Virus record (IMG/VR): IMGVR_UViG_3300028920_000034
Location: 89,115 to 153,114 of that record
Source of the DNA: a virus
DNA: 64,000 nucleotides
Direction: 5' to 3' (one strand)
Shown piece by piece: positions 34,564 through 43,408 of this stretch. The translations under genes were made by a program, and so were the position numbers. Within the stretch, counting starts at the first letter, position 1. Each line of letters starts with the position of its first letter. The notes beneath the pieces were generated by a model. It saw nothing but the letters and a program-made list of their open reading frames with translations, was not told the origin of the DNA and did no database searches.

Positions 34564-37271
34564 CCGAGCCCCCGCGCCCGGGCGCACTCCGGACAGTAGT
34601 ACCACTCCATGGTGCCCACCGACGTGGTGCCCACCGCGTGCTTCACCCAGCCCGAAGAGGCGATCTCCGGGTGGGGCTTGATAGTCGCCCCGCAGTCGTC
34701 GCACTCGAGCTCGAGGAGCACCCGCTCCCCCGTGTCCTCCCTGGTGGCGTAGATTCGTCCCATGGGTCACCCGCTGGCCAGGCATCGCTGCCATGCCGCT
34801 GCCTTCCTGGTGATGGTGTCCAGGGCCAGGTCCAGGGCCTCCTGCTTCGCTTCATCCGCGCCCCGCGCCTTGAGCTCATGGCGCTCCAGGCCAAGCTCAT
34901 AGCACGTCACAAACCAGCCTCCCAGGCCATGGTAGCGGTGAACGGTCAGGCGCCCTGGCGCCCCCTTGAGCTCCCAGACGCTGGGCTCCACCTCGCCCTG
35001 TTGCCCCCGGCTGTACGATGATTCGTCTACCCATTCCATAGGTCATCTCCTGTAGTCTTCCACCACCGGGGTCCCCCGGCACAGTGGGGTTGGCCTTGGC
35101 CCCCGCCCGGTGGGCTCTGGTACGTCATGCCAGACGGCTGTGCAGACCGGATAGTCCACCCACCAGAGCTCCCACACCCCGCCGTACCAGCGCCTGTACC
35201 ACTGGAAGTCGCCCAGGATGGCTCGGCAGAATGTACTCCTGAACATGGGTTCTAGTCCCCCGCCCCGCGCCGACCCGGGCACAGGTTCACATCATGGGCG
35301 CAATCGTCCACCGGGTCGTCATAGCAGACCTGGTAGCCCACCGGGAGCCCGCACAGGTCCACGTCGTGCGCGCAGTCCCCTGGCTCCACCTGGTAGCAGA
35401 TGCGCTCCGTGGCGCCCCCCTTCGGCCCCGCGGCCACCGGCTCACACCGGCAAGGTGGGCACTCCACTCGCTCCCCGGCCCGGGCCTCTGGCCAGGGAGG
35501 CACCGTGTGGGCCACCAGCGCCGGCAATCGCCAGGCCGCCATCAGGGCCACCAGGAGCACCACTACGGGCACCGGCCACGTCCAGGATGGCCACTTCATG
35601 GCTCTCTTGTCTCCCCGGCCCCGCGCCCATCGTAGAACCACGCATGATGATGGCCGGTGGTACACACGAAGAAACCGCGCCCGTCTGGCATCCAGCCCTC
35701 TGGCTCTGGCGAGAAGAGGGGGTGCCACTCCTTGGCAGGGGCCCCGCACTCGGGGCAGTTCTGCCGCGGGGGCACCACCACCTGGCTCCGCCCCTCCGGG
35801 GACATGGCGCAAGCCAGCCCACGCATGACTTCGCCCTCTTCCAGGATGTCTTCGGGGCAGGTGTAGAAGCCCTTGATCGGCACCTTGCCAGCCGCCTCAT
35901 GCTTCGCGTAGGCCGCTCTGCACAGGAGCTCCGCGTAGTCCATGGACAGGACTTCCTCTCTCCGTGCCCGCGCCCCTGGCTCCAGGTCCACCTCGTCGGT
36001 ACACCACCACTTCTGCATATCACTCATGGCTCTCTTGTCTCCCCGGCCCCGCGCCGCTCGGCCACCAGGTGGTCCAGCCAGGCCATGCCCACCCGGACCA
36101 TCTCGAGCTCCCACCGATGGTACAGCTCCGCCTGGGCCGCCCGCGGTAGGTCTGCCCGGAACCGGATCACCATGTGTTCCTCTGGCTTGTCCGAGCACTC
36201 CAGGACGGTCTCATAGGTGGTCAAGTCCGTGCGCCACACCGCCGGCTTGAAGCAATGCGGACAGCACATCACTGGGGCTGGTGGCTCCCATGGGGGCCTG
36301 GTGTCAGTGGGTGTCATGGGTCCTCGCTCCGGTCCAGTACAATGGTCCCCTTCGTGCCATCGAAGATGATCCCACACGGTTCACACGCGCAAAACCAGAC
36401 GGCGTGCTCCACCACGTTGTAGATCGTCCTGCACCGCGGGCACCTGACCTTGACGTACTCCGGCTCACTGGCTCGGCCCGGCCGGCTCCCGGTGCATAGT
36501 CGGCTCGCTTTTCTCCGCCTCATGGGGTCCTGTCCCTCGCCCTCCGCGGCCGGTACGCCTCGGGGTGGGCCGCCCGGACGCGCCTGCATAGCTCCTGCCA
36601 CGCCTCGTGTCTGCCGAGCCCAGGCTCGAAAGTGGCAATCTCATCCAGTAGCTCGGGGATGCTCATGTGGGCCACGCAGGGTAGGTCTGGCTCACACCGC
36701 TGGCACTCGCGTGGCTTGCTCATGGGGTGCCTTCCTTCACCATGGCCTCCCCGGCCAGATCGATATGTGAGCTCCACCCGACGTGCTGGCAATCCTGGCA
36801 CACGTACTCCCGCTGTAGGTCGCTGCTTCTGGCTCCCCGCGCGTGATGCTTCTTGGGTGGGTTGGGCCTGGTCTTCCCGGTGAGGAGCACCCGGCTCGCC
36901 CAGCCCTTGTCCCGCTGGTGCCACCACCACCCAGAGTATTCTGTCAAACGCCCCTGGCGCCGCCGGCACTTCCAGCACCGGAAGCTCAAGGGGCTCCCTG
37001 GTCCGCTGCTACGCCCCATCGGTCAAAGGTCCTTGTGCTGATAGCATGGCTTCCCAGGGAAGCATCCAGGGCACCCCTCCTGAGCCTTCCTGGCAAGCCA
37101 GTTGTTGTGAGCCCTGATGGCCTGGCAGATGTCACAGGCGCAATGCTTGTTGGGTAGGCCGCCCTTCATCTTGGCCTCCTTGATCGCGATCAGGAGCTCG
37201 CGTTCTTCCTCGAGCTCGGCCACCATCTCTTCGGCCAGGTTGGCCTCGTCCTCGTACTTGTAGAACCCCAT
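34560..37271 (-). other. Run of about 10 small overlapping hypothetical genes, most with CxxC motifs (34560-34763, 34767-35039, 35043-35246, 35252-35599, 35596-36027, 36024-36317, 36314-36523, 36520-36723, 36720-37019, 37023-37271)
   Basis: Frequent ATGA stop/start overlaps; Zn-ribbon motifs. Confidence 0.6.
35596..36055. repeat. 32 bp exact gene-junction direct repeat (35596-35627, 36024-36055)
   Basis: TCATGGCTCTCTTGTCTCCCCGGCCCCGCGCC; encodes RGAGETREP-stop plus the next ATG. Confidence 0.85.
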
Positions 37272-37274
37272 CGG

Positions 37275-37676
37275 TCATCCCTTCATGTTCGGGTCTCGTC
37301 TCAGGCACTTGAGGCACTGATTCGTCATTGGATCTACCGACTTGACCGCATGACACCGGATGCAGTCCTCCCAGGCTTCTGGCTCCCCATGCTCGTAGAA
37401 GAACACGCCGTCCGCCGGGGCCGTCATCGGTTGGATGGTGAAGCACTCCCGGATGATCTTGCTGGTGGGGGACTCCCAGGTGGGGTCCGCCACGCTGTGG
37501 AGTGTCCCTTCGGCCCCACAGCTCGGACACTGCTGTCCGCCAGGCTCCCACCTGGCCACGGGTGGGTCTCCCTCCACCACGGCCGGATTGGCCAGGAAGC
37601 ACGCCCGGCACATGCCGTTCAAGGGCTTCCCTCGCATGGACTCGAGGAGCTCCTGGACTCGGTTGTCACGCTCCAT
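37275..37676 (-). CDS. Zn-ribbon protein carrying an MCP-like QPMxAP..FF segment
   Basis: FTIQPMTAPADGVFFYE vs MCP VSVQPMSAPIGGIFFFE. Confidence 0.65.
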   Translation of the reverse strand: MERDNRVQELLESMRGKPLNGMCRACFLANPAVVEGDPPVARWEPGGQQCPSCGAEGTLHSVADPTWESPTSKIIRECFTIQPMTAPADGVFFYEHGEPEAWEDCIRCHAVKSVDPMTNQCLKCLRRDPNMKG

Positions 37677-38447
37677 GCTTCGCCTCCTCGCTGCGCTCCA
37701 CGGCCGCCCTGTAAAGCCGCTCGGCCTCCTGGAGCCGCTCCCAGGCTTCCCGCCTGGTCTCGCTCTGATGGCCGCCTGGGAGCTTCGTGTTGTCCACCAG
37801 CTTCACCCGGGCAAGCCGGGGCCGCATGTCCCCACCGCAGACCAGGCACTGGGGCCCATCCCCGCGCCGGTCGTTCAAGGGGTCCACGGTGGACTCGCAG
37901 GAGCACCTGGGTGGCTCCCAGGCTTCGTGGCGGCACCTGATGGAGCAACAGAGCTTGCCGCTCACCACCTCCCAGCGCCGGCCGTTCATCTTGAGGCTCA
38001 TAGCTTCCCTGGCCGCCGCGTAGGCCCGGCTCGGGTGCCCAGGGGTCACCACCTGGCTCCATCCCACGTCTCCGCACACGTCGCAAACCACTACCATCTT
38101 GATCGCCATTAAACCGGCTCCCTTCCGGCTTCGCCCGCCATCGGGTCTGGCCACTTCTGGCTGCTCACGTGTCCGCAGTCATCGCACCTGGTGATCACCG
38201 TGCCACCCAGGTAGGCGTTCCCCTTGCGCTTGGGCATCGCCACCCCGGTGGTGGTGTTCTTGCTCCCGCACGCATCGCAGGAGACCGGCTCGCTGGCGCT
38301 GTAGGTGGGCTCCTGGGGTGGCTCCTGTTCGAACATCCGATTGCGCTCGTAGCACTCCCGGCAGACGGACAGGAGCCGCCCGGTGGTCTCGCCCTTCATC
38401 ACGGGGTTGTCGCAGTCCGTGAACGCGCACTTCGGTCGGTTGCTCAT
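37666..38447 (-). other. Two Cys-rich hypothetical genes (37666-38109, 38109-38447)
   Basis: CxxC motifs; overlapping packing. Confidence 0.55.
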
Positions 38448-38902
38448 GGCAGCTCTCCCGGCGCCCCGCACCCGGGGCACCCGTTGACGTTGGGCAGGTA
38501 GGCGCGCCCGCAGTAGCCGCACGCCACGGCCGCCGGCCCGCGCTCGCCGGTCTCCTTGCCCATCGGCTCCACACCCACGGCCAGCATGTTCATGCAGTAG
38601 TCCGCCAGGAGCTGTGCCCCCGGGGCCGCGTTCTTGGCCAGCACCACGGACACCTGACCGCTCTGGTAGTCCACCGTACACCTGCCCCCGGCGTCCCCGT
38701 GGAGCTCGCCGTTGCCATCGGTGTCCTCGAGGCGCATCTTGCCGCGCTTACCCTTGATCGTGAGCACCAGCGTCTTGGGCACCACGGGCGTCCAGGTGAG
38801 CACCCCTTCCAGGTGAGCTTGCTTCTTGCCGGCTATGGCCACCGCCTCCTGGTAGACGTGCTCACTCGAGTAGTACCGGTCAAAAGACTGGATCAGGTTC
38901 AT
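38444..38902 (-). CDS. Stand-alone paralog of MCP residues ~128-240 plus C-terminal Zn ribbon
   Basis: NLIQSFDRYYSSEHVYQE...LTWTPVVPK vs MCP NMIQNFDRFYSSERVYHE...LDWFPVVPK (23/43 identical by eye). Confidence 0.85.
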   Translation of the reverse strand: MNLIQSFDRYYSSEHVYQEAVAIAGKKQAHLEGVLTWTPVVPKTLVLTIKGKRGKMRLEDTDGNGELHGDAGGRCTVDYQSGQVSVVLAKNAAPGAQLLADYCMNMLAVGVEPMGKETGERGPAAVACGYCGRAYLPNVNGCPGCGAPGELP

Positions 38903-39411
38903 CGCTTCGCTCCAGTCCCGGTCCCGCGCCGGAACCGGCCGTAGGCCACCCGGTAGTCCGGGTCCTTGAGGAGTCGCCCGGGGTCCCACCCGTCCGTCTC
39001 ACCACTGGCGTAGGCGATGATGGTGCCCTCCGCGGCGAGGCGCTTGGCGTGGTCCAGGTAGTACCGGCTGGCAGCCGTTCCGGTGGCCAGGAGCTCGCCC
39101 GTGTCCCGGTTGTAGCAGAGCTCCACGGTGGTGGGCTTGGGAGGCTCTGTGGGCTCCTCGAGCTCGGCCTCGATGGGCGCCGGTGGCGCTCGCCCGGTCT
39201 CGCCGGCCATTATGGGGACAATCTCCCCGTCCTCGAGCATCACCTCCACCCGGTCCGTAGCTGTCACATAGCTAGCATCCCCGGGCTTCATGAGGGGGCT
39301 GTCCGGCTCGAGCAAGTTGATCCCCGTAGTAAGCGCCCAGTCCACCTCCCTCTGAGTGAGCCCGGTGCCTGGCACCTTGGGCGATCCGGTCCACCTGTGG
39401 TTCTTGCTCAT
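38899..39411 (-). CDS. Hypothetical protein
   Basis: Operon packing. Confidence 0.6.
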   Translation of the reverse strand: MSKNHRWTGSPKVPGTGLTQREVDWALTTGINLLEPDSPLMKPGDASYVTATDRVEVMLEDGEIVPIMAGETGRAPPAPIEAELEEPTEPPKPTTVELCYNRDTGELLATGTAASRYYLDHAKRLAAEGTIIAYASGETDGWDPGRLLKDPDYRVAYGRFRRGTGTGAKR

Positions 39412-39414
39412 GGC

Positions 39415-39690
39415 TTACCTTCCTCGAGGGCATCCCGGGCCGCGCCCTCCGCTTGGTACTTCGCGCTCCGAATGTTCATCCCATGGCCACACGTGGGTGA
39501 AAATGTGGCGCATCGGCCCCAGGTGAACCTCCCTCACCTCCACCCCGACCGCCTTGGCCACGTAGGCGATGGCCGCCATGGCAAGCTGTCCGCCATGGTG
39601 ACGGTCATCGTGCTCTGGGGTCCAGTTCTCCACAGTCACCTGGCGCTGGCGCTCCGCCGCGATCAGGTCCACTCCGCTTGCTCCGCTCAT
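39415..39690 (-). pseudogene. Probably truncated member of the phage AERxRQ...WTPEHDD family
   Basis: IAAERQRQVTVENWTPEHDD..GQLAMAAIAY..WPW, but the family's usual C-terminal helix is missing. Confidence 0.45.
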
Positions 39691-40079
39691 GGTCTCACTC
39701 CGTTCGGTTCTACCAGACTGATCTCGAGCACCAGCCGATCCGCTGCGTCCTGTGGGGACATGCCCACCAGGTCCACCACTGGCAGCCCCTTGGCCCGGGC
39801 CGTCTCCGCCTCGCCGGTCATCCCGGTGGACCACTGTGGGCCCACAGCGATCACTCCACCGAACAGGCCCACCAGGCGCCGGCCGATGGCCAGGGAGAGC
39901 TCTCTGTCCCCTGGATAGTGGTCGTCCATCCCGGCCGCCATGGCGTACCAGGGCGCCACGGCGTGAATCCCGGACCGGACCAGGGCCCGCTGGTAAGCCA
40001 GCACGGACGCCAGGTTCGCTTGTATCCCTGCGTGGGTCTTCGCGCCCACTGGGTGGGCGATGTACCAAAGCCGCTTCAT
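39687..40079 (-). CDS. DUF4406 / nucleoside deoxyribosyltransferase-like Rossmann protein
   Basis: WYIAHP...N......AP...WSTGMTGE...A...GLPV. Confidence 0.6.
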   Translation of the reverse strand: MKRLWYIAHPVGAKTHAGIQANLASVLAYQRALVRSGIHAVAPWYAMAAGMDDHYPGDRELSLAIGRRLVGLFGGVIAVGPQWSTGMTGEAETARAKGLPVVDLVGMSPQDAADRLVLEISLVEPNGVRP

Positions 40080-40083
40080 GGTT

Positions 40084-41657
40084 TCATGGTTCCTTGTCCT
40101 TGTGGCGCTCAGGGCGATCCCTCACCCGCGGCATGGGCTCCCGGAGCTTGCCCCAGGAGTCCACCCCGGGTGGGTCCATGAACCAGTCCTTGAGCCACTC
40201 GAATTGCTCGGCTGGCAGCGCCCGGATCACCTCGCCGCACTCCGCGCACACCCAGGCCGGCCCACCGCGATCCCACCACGGGCGCCCATCGTTGTCCTGG
40301 ACGTTGGTAGTCCGCATGAACGCCAGGCTTGCAGCGAGCTGGATCGTGTCCTTGTCGCACTGGTAGCAGAAGATGGTTTTCATGAACAGGTACAGCTCCT
40401 TCCGCACTCGGGACACGGCTCCAGGTTCCCTGGCCCGTTGTCCTTGCACGCCTGGCGCACCTCCATGGCGAACCCGCGGATGTTTCCGGCCACCAGGGTC
40501 CGCTCCCGGTCGCTCAGGGAGTCCATGGGGAGCCCGCTGATGTACTTCTCCACGTCCACGGGATCTGCATCCTCGTCCTCCATGGGTTCGGTCTCCGGAC
40601 CCACCAGCACCGCCCCGGCTTCCGCGAGGAGCTCGTCCCGCGCCTGGTAGCCGTCATCGGGGCCGCCGGACACCTCTGGCACCGTCACGTTCTCCAGTGG
40701 AGTCGCGATCACCCTGTGGTCCAGCTTCCCCACGGCCTCCCAGATGGGCTTCACGGCCGCCTCGAGCTCCGCCAGCCCGAGGGGTTGCCCCTCCGCTTCG
40801 ATGGCCGCGTTGCACGCCGCCTCCACCACGTCCAGGTAGGTCCGGTTGGCGCGCCCGCGCTCACAGGAGCGCCCATAGGCTTCGCCGTCCGCCAGGGCCC
40901 CGGCGATGGCCGCGCTGGTGTCGCCGTCCAGGGCTTCCTTCAGGCTTTCGTTCACCTGGCGCAGATGGGCGAGGAACCCCTTGAGCTCCTCCACGCGCGC
41001 CTCGAGTCGCTTGATCTTGTCCTGGTCACTCATGGTCCAGTGGTTCCTCCATCCCGCTCGGGCCGTACAGCCAGATCACCTCGCTCACCTTGATCCCGCC
41101 ATCGTAGTCGGTCCCGTAGTCGATGCTGTCGATGCGCTCGCTCCACAGGCATCCGCAGACCAGCGCCCCGGCCGCGTTGTCCGGGATGCCACCCGGCTCA
41201 TCCGCCAGCACGTCCCGGAGCTCCTCCTCGAGCTCGGTTTCGTTGTCGAACCACGGCACGTCATGGGCCGCAGTGGCAGCCATGTTCACGATGATCCACG
41301 TCTGTGGTTCCTCTGGGTCTGGCCCCAGCCAGAGCCACACCGGCTGACTTTGGTGGTACGCCTGGCTCATGGCTTGGAACCTCCATCGCCATCCGGCCCC
41401 TCGAAGTAGCCCGTGTGCCACGGCGCGTGGAACCGATACGGATCGCTCACGCTGGGCAGCGTGGAGAGCTTCGGAAACCCCGGGGGCTTGAGGTTCATGT
41501 GGATCGTCTTCTGGGCCTCGCTCACGTGTAGCCGGGCCGTGTCGCACGCATCGGAGCCATGCTTCGATCCGTCCCGCGCGTAGTCCTGGGAGAGCTCCAT
41601 GAGCTCAATCTGGATCTGGGCCAGGCGCATCATGATGCTAGTCGCCCGCTTGATCAT
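40084..41657 (-). other. Four hypothetical genes (40084-40383, 40380-41033, 41026-41370, 41367-41657)
   Basis: Overlapping stop/start packing. Confidence 0.55.
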
Positions 41658-43056
41658 CGCCGTCCTCCTTGGTTGCCGCCGGGTGGCGGAGGGCCACCCT
41701 GGCCGCGTCCGCCAGACTCACCACGCTGATGGCCCACCAGCCGCACGTTCCGATCCCGCGCCCCAGGCCAGCGCACGTGAACGCCCAGGCGAAATCCAGG
41801 CTCCCCTCCGGCACCTGGGCCTCTATCATCACCGGCTTGCCGCACTCCGGGCAGCCGTTCCGTAGCACGCTGTCCACCAGGGTGTACGGGTCCAGCTCGC
41901 CGTCCAGCACCGGCTTGCCTGGTGGTGGGTGGAGCTGGTCTCGGAGGCGCCCGTTCTCCTCGTACAGCCGGCCCACCGTCTTGACCAGCCGCTCCCTCAC
42001 CTGGGCCTCCGTGTCCGGCGTCTGGAACCGGCCGCACGCCGGACAGAGCCCGTTGGAGCCGTTGTCCCCGCACACCTGGCAGCCCACCTTGCCCGACTTG
42101 GCTTCCCTGAGTTCGGCCCGGGCCTCCTCGAGCTCGGTGGCCAGCGTCACGCACGTCCCGGGGCACGGCTGTCCATCGTGGGTGAGGTAGAGCTTGTCCC
42201 GGGTGGCCTGGTCCATCTCCTCCACGGTGCGGACAGCCACATCCTTCACGTCCTCAAAGGACAGAAGCATGTTGCCCGATAGGTGGGTGTGGAGCTCCAG
42301 GGTGTCCTGGTCCTTGGCGTGGCCCACCAGGTGATCCATGGACTCCCAGTTCACATCCGCACCACCATCGCCCCGATCCCGCACCTTCACGATGCTCGCC
42401 TGGAGCGGCGTATAGGGGGTCATGGGCGACATGATGCCTTGCTCCATGCCCGGGATGATCACCGGGAGCACCACGCCGTCCCCCAGGACAACATGGCCCA
42501 CCAGGCCGCCCTGGCGCCGCGCCTGGTCCGAGTTGATGGCCAGGGGCACATGGACCACCGGCTCGCCGCCAGGGCTTCCCAGGGTCACCTCGCTGGCCTC
42601 GAGGGTCACGGTGCCATCGTCCCCGAGGCCCACCCGCGCCACGGGGATCTCCTTGTCCTCCTGTGGCGCGTACTCCATGCCCAGGTCTGGGTTGCGCTTC
42701 GGCTCCTCCATGGGCCCGAGGCCCACCAGCTCGCGCGCCCCGTTCATCGCCTCCCAGAGCTCCCCATCGGACACCGTGGGCTTGAGGCCCACGTGCTCCC
42801 TGGCCGCCTGGAGCTCGGGGCTGTTCAGGGCTTCGGAGAGCTCCCTGTGAACCGCGTCCGCCAGGCTGGTGATGCCCTTGTGTCCAGGATGCGTAGGCGT
42901 GGGGCTTTCCTCGAGTCGCATCCCAGCCTGGCACCATTCCTTGCCGCACTTGGGGCACCGCCAGTCTGCGAACCCGGCAATCTTGGCGAGCTCCACCCGG
43001 CACTCCGGACAGCTCGGCTGGGCTTGCTTGCCGCTCCACTTCTTAGTTGGGGCCAT
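41638..43056 (-). CDS. Mosaic multi-Zn-ribbon protein with PYTPLQ motif
   Basis: GGAGG-5nt-ATG at 43056; three CxxC clusters. Confidence 0.65.
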   Translation of the reverse strand: MAPTKKWSGKQAQPSCPECRVELAKIAGFADWRCPKCGKEWCQAGMRLEESPTPTHPGHKGITSLADAVHRELSEALNSPELQAAREHVGLKPTVSDGELWEAMNGARELVGLGPMEEPKRNPDLGMEYAPQEDKEIPVARVGLGDDGTVTLEASEVTLGSPGGEPVVHVPLAINSDQARRQGGLVGHVVLGDGVVLPVIIPGMEQGIMSPMTPYTPLQASIVKVRDRGDGGADVNWESMDHLVGHAKDQDTLELHTHLSGNMLLSFEDVKDVAVRTVEEMDQATRDKLYLTHDGQPCPGTCVTLATELEEARAELREAKSGKVGCQVCGDNGSNGLCPACGRFQTPDTEAQVRERLVKTVGRLYEENGRLRDQLHPPPGKPVLDGELDPYTLVDSVLRNGCPECGKPVMIEAQVPEGSLDFAWAFTCAGLGRGIGTCGWWAISVVSLADAARVALRHPAATKEDGDDQAGD

Positions 43057-43408
43057 GGTCCCCTCCTTTACCGCCATCGATCACGGTGGGAGTCCACCGC
43101 TGGGCACTGCTCTCCTCGGTGCTCTCCCCGTGGAGCTGCACCTGCACCACGGCGTCCCACGGCACCGAGCACCACCGGTAGCCCTCGCCAAAGCGTAGCG
43201 TCCCGCTGATGGCCTCCTGGGTACACTCCAGGTCCATGATCGGGGTAGGCGCATTGCGCCCGAAGTCCAGAGCCAGCACCTCGCCGCCACGGAACCGCTC
43301 CGGCACCACCACGCCTTCGGCTTCCAGGCGAAACGCCACGCGCACCATGTAGCCCTTGTTCAGGCCCTCCATGATCGCCGCCCGAGCTCGCTCGCCTTTC
43401 TCGCTCAT
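43043..43408 (-). CDS. SspB-like ClpXP adaptor
   Basis: GVVVP.....LALDF....PI.DL......ISGTLRFG....CSVPWDAV; tail TVIDGGK. Confidence 0.7.
   Translation of the reverse strand: MSEKGERARAAIMEGLNKGYMVRVAFRLEAEGVVVPERFRGGEVLALDFGRNAPTPIMDLECTQEAISGTLRFGEGYRWCSVPWDAVVQVQLHGESTEESSAQRWTPTVIDGGKGGDHGPN

Noticed and set aside
38444-38902. MCP copy as a diversity-generating retroelement template
   Set aside because: Differences are widespread, include indels and are not limited to adenines; no reverse transcriptase in the window
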